Part shown: positions 36,571 through 44,398 of the stretch, piece by piece
Position numbering within the stretch: position 1 is the first letter of the stretch
Layout of the letters: every line of letters begins with the position of its first letter
From: Vermamoeba vermiformis
Taxonomy: Eukaryota
Direction: 5' to 3'
NCBI GenBank assembly: GCA_045837725.1
Contig: JBEWZL010000146.1
Span: forward strand, 62,001-106,398
Length of the DNA: 44,398 bases
Notes under the pieces: generated by a model
What the model was told of the DNA's origin: nothing
Database searches by the model: none
Seen by the model: the letters and a program-made list of their open reading frames with translations, nothing else
Translations under genes and position numbers: made by a program

Positions 36571-38144
36571 TTATGTTAATATTATTAAACACGTATTTAT
36601 TTTATGATAGTTTTTAAGAACTCGAGGACAGTCTTATAAACAGTACTGTCCTTATTTTCATACGCTACGAGTTGATTGTGATTGCTCTCAACTGTGACAT
36701 TTGACACGCCCTCAGCATTCAATGGTGTCACACTACTTGGCACGGCCTATCAGTCCTATTAGTACCACAGTATAATATAGCAACACTTACTATTGCGCGG
36801 ATCTGATTTGCTAGCTTGGTAGGCAATGTTTCGGTCACATTTAACACGCGGATCCCTTGCCTTTCGACAGAAAATACAAAGTCTGCATTGAGTTCTCGCA
36901 CATATTCTCCACTGACATTAATAGTAGTAGGCAGTCTCTTGCTCTGTGAGAATAGGCACCTAATTTTGATTCCATGTAAGTAAGATCCAGATCACGTAAG
37001 GTACCCATTGACACGTGTCAATTTTTTGACGGAACTTTTGACGTACGCTAATGAATGGTCTAACATTGCGTTGTCAGTGTTAACGTGAGGTGTGCCTAAG
37101 AATACAACGGCCTCTGAGTGGTCGTAGAGTTGATGATATTCTTTCTTCTTTGATATCTTCGTCTTTTGAATACTGTCCTTAATAATCCAGCCTCCAATGC
37201 CATGTCCAACCTAAATTTGGTTATTTTAAACAATTTCAAAATTAATTAATCGCATCGTACCCAAATTAACGGCTTTTTGTTGTTGGTACTTTGTCGTAGT
37301 TTGATTAAGTGATTCAATGCATGTCTGGACACGCGTCCAATGTCCGTTGATAATTTACTCGCTGTTAATTTGTAGCCCATTGATAACACTCGAATATTCT
37401 TTTGTAGATCCGCTGGCAACCAATCACGAAGCCAGATCTGCATCCAGTAGTGTTAAAAAATACTATCGTATCGGCTAACATCATTACATACATCATTATT
37501 TTTTGTACTCCATGATAATAGTGCGTTGCCGCCATAATCATGAACGAAAATAATGTCTGAAAGAATGCACGTTAAAATGAGTTTTCTTCGTATGATTCAA
37601 ATTTACCTGCAATATGTGTTGATTTATTTGCTGATTTATTTTTAGCACTTTCATCGTATAGGACGTGAATTCCTTCGCGTTCAGTGGTCGATCCGTCGAT
37701 CCAGTCAATTGGTCCTCGTAGTCTTGGTGTCCTAATGTCGTGTTATTATGAAAATAATAACTTAATTATCGTACTTAATCTTTTTTGAACGCTTTTTTCC
37801 TCTTTTGACTGGTTTGGTAGCAGAGACAATTTTCGCAGATTTTTTGGGTGGATCTTCTTCGATCTTTTTGATTGCTCGTGGCTTTTTGCTATTTGCAGCT
37901 CTTGAATTTAATGCCTTAGTTTCTTTTTTGCTTCGAATGTGGCGAATGGAGGCATAAGAAATGAGAGATTGAGCCTGAAAAGAAATAAACTCAATTAATT
38001 TTATTTTATTACTGAAAATTTATTTATAGTGCTATTTATACGATTAGATCTGATATATACGACCGATAAATATCCCTAAATACATCGAATCATTTTCTGA
38101 CTTACGAAAATTGAATGTCCGATCCGGATCCCAGTTCCAAACAT
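36571..38144 (-). CDS. SERAC1-like alpha/beta-hydrolase-fold protein, apparently lacking the catalytic Ser
   Basis: DIIFVHD, WLRDWLPADL..IRVLSMGY, KPLIWVGHGIGGWIIK and VVFLGTPH; basic N-terminus. The 3' end is approximate. Confidence 0.75.
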
Positions 38145-38789
38145 GATTTCTGCTTAGTTAAACCAAGAATAAGCTTACATTGAAATACGCATAATATTTT
38201 AAGCAAATTCAAGCCCTCTGTCTGGTCCTTGAACGGAGTTTCATTAACAAAATCAATTTTTTACAACACGCAACGTAGGAACACGACTAAAGCGGCATTA
38301 TATATTTTACCCGCTAGTGTTATATTTATAATTATATGGCAGTATTTATTGTGCAGTAGAGGCGAAGATTGAAAGAGCAAAAACGCGCCAAGTTCAGATC
38401 AGGTAATAAATCAATAAATTTTGTCTTAGCATACTATTTATATTATTTGTATATAATTCTAATTGCAGATATTTAAATAGCGATTTATTAACGAATTTTC
38501 TATTTTTCAAATAATTTGGATCTAACAGACCTTTAGTTTTTATTGGTCAATTATTAATGGCTATTTATTCCGTGATTTATTATGAGTGTTCTAATTATTA
38601 TAATATACACAGCAAATGTCTTCATCAGATCCGTCAAATTCGCAAATTGTCAAATTGAACATTGGTGGCTACAAATACATGACGACTAGAGGCACGCTAT
38701 GCAAGCAAGGAGATTGTTATTTCAATGCACTATTAGGAGGCAAATATAGCGCGTTGAAAGACGAAGAAGGATATTATTTTATAGATCGG

Positions 38790-38892
38790 AATGCCTGCGC
38801 TGCTCGTGGGGGTAAATTCAGCTTTATTAGGGGTGGTGGCTCCCCGTCACCCCCCGCCACGGGTTGGGGCTAACGAGAGCACCAAAGCCCCC
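38790..38892 (-). repeat. Terminal repeat B2 (103 bp)
   Basis: Identical to 39126-39228 by direct comparison. Confidence 0.95.
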
Positions 38893-38925
38893 TATTGTAC
38901 AACGTGAATAAAAATAAAAATTAAA

Positions 38926-39125
38926 AAGAAAAAATTAACAAATAAATATTAGGCTCTGTCAAATATACGAGCCTTGTGGTAGTCTTGGCGTTGGCGTTCG
39001 ACACTTCTATTTCCTCGAACTTCCAATTTTGGTGTGAATCGCACGTGACTTCTCCACCAGGGCTGCCAAAAACCGATCCGCTTGGCCTATTCATACGCTA
39101 AGTGCTGCGTCACTGTAGCTGCACG
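38926..39125 (-). repeat. Internal repeat A2 (200 bp)
   Basis: Matches 43291-43489 except one extra base in a homopolymer run (5 versus 4 A on the + strand). Confidence 0.95.
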
Positions 39126-39228
39126 AATGCCTGCGCTGCTCGTGGGGGTAAATTCAGCTTTATTAGGGGTGGTGGCTCCCCGTCACCCCCCGCCACGGGT
39201 TGGGGCTAACGAGAGCACCAAAGCCCCC
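39126..39228 (-). repeat. Internal repeat B1 (103 bp), abutting A2
   Basis: Identical to B2; the B1-A2 junction reproduces the joined ends of the element. Confidence 0.95.
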
Positions 39229-39257
39229 AAACACAGCGAACGAGCCCCCAAACCAGA

Positions 39258-40333
39258 TCATTGATAGATTGCCGCCGCCGTCGCCAGAGACAAGGAAGAG
39301 CAGCGCTCAAAAAATTGAGGAGTTCTCATCGCCTCGATGATCGCCTGTGGGACTGACAAGCGCTGATCCAGAGAAAAAGTGACGTAACGCATGTAGGCGT
39401 CTGACACCCAGTCTCCTTGAGCCTTGACCATCACCCTGTCCGCTCCCGCGATGAAGGCTCCCGTCGTGCCACCTTTACGCAGCGAGTGTGCGGAGAAATC
39501 CTTCGGATCCAACCCGCACTGAAGGCAGGTCTTCTTGATCACTGGAGAAAACAGGTAAGTAAGCACAATATGCAACTACTGCCACGATACTTACTATCGT
39601 TAAGCTTCGAGTGCACCAGCGGCATAACTCTACCGTCATCACCTTTAAAACAAAAAATCGACCCCGATTCAGGCATGGGACACAAGGCCCACATCGCCTC
39701 CAGGGCCACTTCGGGACACAGCGCATTTCCCGGTACTGAGAGCAGCGGGATGATCAGCCTTCTCTCGTTGAATTGGACTGTCTTCGTTCGATTGAGCGAA
39801 ATTAAGAAACCACGCTCGTTCCTTGACAAGTTCAACGCGCTGAGATGCTTTGCTGGGTCGAATTTCTTCGCAGATTTCTGCACAAGGTTTCCACCCCGAA
39901 GAAAAGACCAGAAGCCGACCACGAGGCAAGCCCAGAAAGTGCGGTGGAGAGATGATGACCAGTCTAAGCACGCCTTGAGTTTGAGCAACTCCACAGGAGT
40001 GAGAGGGTGCTTGCTCGACGGTGTGTAGGACTGCGCGCGTTTAATGCCCTTGAGGACCACCTTGAGGCGAAGGCTGTCACGCGCTGGGTGTGGGCCACCA
40101 TGCAACTGTTGAAAAGCGAAAATGGCTGTCAAGTATGTCTTGATCGAACTTGCCTTGACGCCATTATTTGCAAGATATGCCGCGTAGTCGGCCAGGACAA
40201 ACTCGTTCGTCGGGAAGAATGTTCGATTCGAAGCGTAGCAGAACCTGGCAAAGGCCGAAACCACTGCCTGCCTGGCCTTGACCGTGGAGTCCACATAGCC
40301 GAGGCCAATGTAATCTTCCGCTGTCAAAGACAT
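39258..40333 (-). CDS. Tyrosine recombinase of the element (exons 40333-39595 and 39541-39258; 340 aa spliced)
   Basis: Catalytic R (FLRGGN), K (RTKT), HxxR (HSLRKG), GDW and Y (YMRY); the two ORFs join in frame on removal of a 53-nt GT-AG intron. Confidence 0.9.
39542..39594 (-). other. Spliceosomal intron within the YR gene
   Basis: GTAAGT...cttacttacctgttttctcCAG, 53 nt, phase 1, restoring KLND-M-IKKT. Confidence 0.85.
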
Positions 40334-41958
40334 TCTGGATCAAACTCGGGGCACAACTGCATGGAGAGCCCTTTGTCAATCAGTTTGTCGAAATTCAATC
40401 GCGAACCCGCATCTGCCAGGTCGTTAAGAACCCCCGGTACGTGGACCGCAGTCAAGTGAAAGTTGTGTGTCGCTGATAGCCAAAACAGAGACCGTAGCAT
40501 TCGCATGATGATTGGGGATGCTGAAGACCCCTTGTTGATGGCCGAAACGGTCGTGGTATTGTCCGATGAGACGATCACCCGCTTGTTGGCCCATTCTGGG
40601 GCCCAGCGAAGCGCAGCCAAGTAGACTGAAAGGCACTCCTTATCATTGATGTGCCACGCAGATGTCAAAGGGTCGTGGATCCGCACGATGAAGTGCTTGT
40701 CGAAGATAGCACACGCAGCACTATTTGAGGCGTCCACCTCAAACCGACGCATGTCAATGGGCATTGGGTCCAGCATAACGGCTTTGCCATTCCAGGCGCT
40801 CGCAAATCGAAGCCACCAATCCAAATCTGCACGGAATTCATCGTCTAGAGACACCACGTGATGTCGCTCTGGGACCGAGTTGGCCAGGATGATCATGCGG
40901 CGGAGGAAAGTGCGTCCGCCCCTGATCACTTTAGCGCCGAAGTTGAGCTTACCAATCAAGCGCTCCAGATCGCGCTTAGTGCACGAAACTCGATCCTTGA
41001 AGCTCCGTAGAATGTCGAGAAGGTCAGCTAGCTTGTCTTCTGGTAAAGAAATGATGCGATCATGCATATTGATGCGGATGCCAAGGAAGACCAGATCCTG
41101 ACAGGGCTCAACCATCTTCTTCTCTGAAATTGGCCAACCCAATTCGGTTAGACACTCGCGGAAATTGACGAAGTCTTTCCAAGCTTGAGCGCGTGCAGCA
41201 TCAGAGTCAGTGCCAACAGAAAGCACGAGGAAGTCGTCAATGTAGGGCAAAATGAAGGCCACGTTAAAGAACTTGTTGCCTACTCGGACAATGAAATTAG
41301 AAATTCTCCAGAAAACGTAAGGAGCTGAAGCTAGACCAAAGCAGAGGCGCAGATCGATGTAGAAGGTGCCACGCCACTCGAAGCCAAAGTAATGCCAGTC
41401 ACCCGGCCAGATCGGGACATGACGATAAGCTGTTTCAATGTCGAACTTGCAGCCAAAAACCCAAGGGTTTTCCATTATGAAGTCGCATGCATCATCGACC
41501 GTGCTAAACTGAAAATTGACCAAATCAATGTATTCATTCAACGCCGCACCCTTTGGGCGACTGAGATCAGTAATGCGACGGAACTTGCCTTCGCTCTTCT
41601 TGACTGCACCAAGAGCATTGACTTTGTATGGTTGGACTGGCAGTACTGCAATGAAACCCTTCTCTAGTTCCGTCATAATGTCTTGGTGGATGAAGTCTTC
41701 GCACTCCAAGACACTAGCGTAGTTCGGCAAGAAAGACGCTGGCACAGCCACACCCTCCTTGACAACTCGAAGGCCACCACCAGGCTTGAAAATGTCGGTC
41801 AGGAAGTCGGCGTCAGAGTCCCCCACCAAGAATCTCTTCCACTGATTGAAGCGGAGGGTCACTGCACTAGAGCGGGCTACGATCTCTACTCCCGGCGCTC
41901 CGCAGACGCGCCCGATGAACTCGTCTTGCCGGGATGGCCTTTTGGGCCACTGGAGCAA
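40324..41958 (-). CDS. Pol: reverse transcriptase + RNase H
   Basis: KFRRITDLS, KFDIETAYRHVP, LCFGLASAP and YIDD; RNase H motifs VDAS, INDKE, SDNTT and NDLADAGSR. No ATG until codon 95. Confidence 0.95.
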   Translation of the reverse strand: MLQWPKRPSRQDEFIGRVCGAPGVEIVARSSAVTLRFNQWKRFLVGDSDADFLTDIFKPGGGLRVVKEGVAVPASFLPNYASVLECEDFIHQDIMTELEKGFIAVLPVQPYKVNALGAVKKSEGKFRRITDLSRPKGAALNEYIDLVNFQFSTVDDACDFIMENPWVFGCKFDIETAYRHVPIWPGDWHYFGFEWRGTFYIDLRLCFGLASAPYVFWRISNFIVRVGNKFFNVAFILPYIDDFLVLSVGTDSDAARAQAWKDFVNFRECLTELGWPISEKKMVEPCQDLVFLGIRINMHDRIISLPEDKLADLLDILRSFKDRVSCTKRDLERLIGKLNFGAKVIRGGRTFLRRMIILANSVPERHHVVSLDDEFRADLDWWLRFASAWNGKAVMLDPMPIDMRRFEVDASNSAACAIFDKHFIVRIHDPLTSAWHINDKECLSVYLAALRWAPEWANKRVIVSSDNTTTVSAINKGSSASPIIMRMLRSLFWLSATHNFHLTAVHVPGVLNDLADAGSRLNFDKLIDKGLSMQLCPEFDPECL

Positions 41959-43268
41959 TGAAGGACATTGTGATTGGAGGACTTACAGTCAGAGCAAGAA
42001 TGAGAGTACTCGCATGCATCAGAGCTCTTCGAACAACCCTTGTGACCGTTGAAAGCAAAGCAGACACCCTTCTTCTTCTTGGTGCCTGAAAAGGCCTTGG
42101 GCTTGTTGTCCTGCTTGGCCTCGGCACGTTGATGAATTGGACGCGCTCGAAGAGTAGTGAAGAGGCTCTCCAAGGGCCTGTCTTTCCAGCGAAGCTTGCC
42201 CACTGCTTGGAGCGATCTGAGGCGCTCGTCCAGTGCCATAACTGAGAGCCATTCGTAGCCATCACCAAGCTCCACGATCCAGCGGACAAAGGCATTGTAA
42301 TCTCGCTCGACAAAACCTTCCTCCTTCTCGAGGAGGTCCTTGACTTCCCACGACGCTCGGATATAATCCTCCGCGTTCTGTGGGACCTTAGCCTGCGAGG
42401 GTTGCAACCTCTTCTCCAATGCCTCCTTGGTGAAACAGCGCGGGAGATAGACCTGGCCTGGCTTCCTCAGCTCGACTGTCGCTTGGACGTCCGCCAGTTG
42501 ACCAACAGGGGTGGCTTTCGACGTTCCGTGGATCAAAGATTGGCCCCAGGGCTGAGGCAAAAGCAAGTTGTTGATGGGGCTCTGGGGAACGAGGCTCCCG
42601 GCTAGCGAGTCCAACTGCGATTTCATCGACGACAACTTGAGCTCCAATTGGGCGATAAGTGCGTCAGCACCCGCCGCCACCTTAGGGTCTTTCGCCAAAG
42701 CGCTAGGAGGGGGGACATCCGTGATCTGAACTGCTGGAGCTGTAGCAGGGGTCTTCGGTTGAGACTCTCCGATCTTCTGCCGTTTATTGCGCTTCTTCTT
42801 CATGTACTCTCGGACAGCTCGGGCAATCTCCGCTTCAGTACTGTCTGAGTCTTCTGAATCTTGGTCGCCATCCGAGTTGATCTTCTCAGGAGACTCCGAT
42901 GGGCGATCCACTGGCTGAGGAGGTCCCTGGGACGACCAATTCTCCACCCGTTTAGTCACTGGGGCCAACAACGGCAACAGCTCCGGATCCTCCACTAAAT
43001 CTGCCGCCTTGGAGTAGATCCGAGAGATTTCCTCCTTCGACACTGCTGGACTGCGCTCCAATTGATCAAACTCCCCTCCTAAGCAGTACGCCAACGCCAG
43101 GGAGCATAAGAAGCGAAGCTGGTCCACATCTGACCCAGCCTGATCTATGATCGACCATTTCACGGATCCCAGAGCTTGCTTCCAGAGTCGCGCTTCAGGC
43201 CAGTTTGAGAGTAGTGGGGTCTTGAGTGTCTCCACTAGGTTCTGGATAAACGATTGTCTCGCAGTCAT
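41886..43268 (-). CDS. Gag-like ORF1 with C-terminal CCCH + CCHC zinc fingers
   Basis: 460-aa ATG-initiated ORF just after A1; C-x8-C-x6-C-x3-H followed by C-x2-C-x4-H-x4-C. Confidence 0.88.
   Translation of the reverse strand: MTARQSFIQNLVETLKTPLLSNWPEARLWKQALGSVKWSIIDQAGSDVDQLRFLCSLALAYCLGGEFDQLERSPAVSKEEISRIYSKAADLVEDPELLPLLAPVTKRVENWSSQGPPQPVDRPSESPEKINSDGDQDSEDSDSTEAEIARAVREYMKKKRNKRQKIGESQPKTPATAPAVQITDVPPPSALAKDPKVAAGADALIAQLELKLSSMKSQLDSLAGSLVPQSPINNLLLPQPWGQSLIHGTSKATPVGQLADVQATVELRKPGQVYLPRCFTKEALEKRLQPSQAKVPQNAEDYIRASWEVKDLLEKEEGFVERDYNAFVRWIVELGDGYEWLSVMALDERLRSLQAVGKLRWKDRPLESLFTTLRARPIHQRAEAKQDNKPKAFSGTKKKKGVCFAFNGHKGCSKSSDACEYSHSCSDCKSSNHNVLHCSSGPKGHPGKTSSSGASAERRE
41890..41946 (-). 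promoter_or_regulatory. Candidate -1 ribosomal frameshift signal (C CCA AAA, 5-nt spacer, stem-loop)
   Basis: Heptamer at 41946-41940 is in the gag frame; TCCCGGC/GCCGGGA and AGACG/CGTCT stems follow; a -1 shift enters the pol frame. Confidence 0.65.
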
Positions 43269-43290
43269 CGTTGAAATTTATTTCCGAATT

Positions 43291-43489
43291 AAGAAAAAAT
43301 TAACAAATAAATATTAGGCTCTGTCAAATATACGAGCCTTGTGGTAGTCTTGGCGTTGGCGTTCGACACTTCTATTTCCTCGAACTTCCAATTTTGGTGT
43401 GAATCGCACGTGACTTCTCCACCAGGGCTGCCAAAACCGATCCGCTTGGCCTATTCATACGCTAAGTGCTGCGTCACTGTAGCTGCACG
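43291..43489 (-). repeat. Terminal repeat A1 (199 bp)
   Basis: Copy of A2 at the 5' end of the element. Confidence 0.95.
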
Positions 43490-44174
43490 GATGGAGAGTA
43501 CTTTAAACCGATCTTGTCTTATTTAAGAACTGGCGAGCTGGAAATACCACACGATATGTCCCATAATAGAGTACTACGTGAAGCAGAATATTACAACATT
43601 AGATTGCCAGAAATAGAAGTTGACGAATCCGAATCCAACGATCAACCAAGACAATTGCTAAAATTCAATGGAATATACGTCTCATCTGATTTAAGCAAAG
43701 GCCTATTATTTTTGGATGATAAGAACGTGCTGGTCTACAAAACAAACGAAAACGTGATGGAGCGCGAGGTTTATCATTATCCCATGAACGAGCTGCAGAT
43801 TTCGTTTGAAGGAAATTTCTTTTTATTGGACAAATACCTTATTAACAACTCGATGAGCTTTGATTTTTATACCGGCGAATTACCCAAGCCAAACACCGAT
43901 TACAAATGCCATCAAGACAAAAAACTAATTTTAGCGCTAAGTTTCAGACCGAACCAACAGCTGAATATTATAGGCACGCATACGAAGACTATGAATACTG
44001 ATTATCACGTGTCAAGAACACCGCGGAACATTCCGATCATCTTGCTGAAGAATTGCAATGTTTTAGCGGCCGAGAAAACAAACACGTTCTCGCTGATTTA
44101 TTGTTTCGGCGATATTTTAGTGGCCTGCACGAGCAGCATGCAGTTCATATTAGTTAGGACCTAGTGTAGTTATA

Positions 44175-44398
44175 TCAATCAATAAACCCTTGTACATTTG
44201 TAGATAACCTTCTTTCAAAATCAAATGCTTAGTGCTAGATCCGGATCTGCGGTGAACTTACGATAGGGCCATAAACAATAGTGTGCCGCGTACTTGAATT
44301 CTCATTCTGAGAACCGTTGACTTTTCGTTGACTGAGTCAGAACCGTAAAATGACATTCCTAGCTTATAGTAAGTCCCTTTTGGACCTATTACTTTCTC
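44175..44398 (-). CDS. Possible 3' end of an unidentified gene running off the window
   Basis: Open frame VIGPKGTYYKLGMSFYGS...LFMALS, then a GTAAG..AAG intron and a short last exon; no recognised domain. Confidence 0.35.

Larger units (their letters stand above)
38790..43489 (-). mobile_element. Ngaro-type tyrosine-recombinase (DIRS order) retrotransposon, 4700 bp, apparently intact
   Basis: Split direct repeats A1-gag-pol-YR-B1-A2-B2; RT/RNase H and YR domains; no methyltransferase domain seen; no target-site duplication; visibly more GC-rich than host DNA. Confidence 0.95.
38616..44164 (+). pseudogene. KCTD-type BTB/POZ gene interrupted by the retrotransposon (5' part 38616-38789, 3' part 43490-44164)
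   Basis: IVKLNIGGYKYMTTRGTL...YYFIDR joins DGEYFKPILSYLRTG. Removing 38790-43489 restores an in-frame 282-aa ORF with the FIDRDG..F..IL.YLR motif. Confidence 0.92.

Noticed and set aside
37468-37476. GTATCGGCT, a perfect match to the donor predicted from the variant U6atac
   Set aside because: It is on the + strand, antisense within a normal GTATGT..CAG intron of a minus-strand gene.
38790-39228. B-A-B repeats as LTRs, a CRISPR array or a self-cleaving ribozyme
   Set aside because: The arrangement fits split direct repeats; there is no TG..CA, target duplication, spacer array or hammerhead core (CTGATGA/GAAA).
39417-42848. Several plus-strand and alternative-frame ORFs inside the retrotransposon
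   Set aside because: Shadow ORFs expected in GC-rich coding DNA; no recognisable domains.

Overview
Gene-dense eukaryotic nuclear DNA with many short GT-AG introns, probably from an amoebozoan (inferred from a HAP40 orthologue and a DUSE-like snRNA promoter element). About 18 host genes are present: MePCE/Bin3 (3' end), a secreted GPI-type protein, an AAA+ ATPase, two tandem PAP2 phosphatases, a double-ELMO-domain protein, BCS1, an F-box/ankyrin protein, a beta-helix surface protein, a kelch-ectodomain receptor kinase, HAP40, a CYP51-like P450, VKORC1, a RUN-FYVE protein, a small membrane protein, a DUF3179 membrane protein, a SERAC1-like hydrolase, a BTB protein and a partial gene at the right edge. 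Two things stand out. (1) An unannotated U6atac (minor spliceosome) snRNA gene at 15204-15312 has an intact catalytic core, promoter element and terminator, but its 5'-splice-site recognition box reads GAGCCG-AGAGA instead of GAAAGG-AGAGA, which predicts minor introns with a non-canonical 5' splice site (about RTATCGGY). (2) An intact 4.7-kb Ngaro-type tyrosine-recombinase retrotransposon (split direct repeats A1-ORFs-B1-A2-B2) interrupts the BTB gene; it carries a candidate -1 frameshift signal between gag and pol and a spliceosomal intron in its recombinase gene. Six single-base frameshifts in homopolymers and two garbled tracts point to assembly errors.
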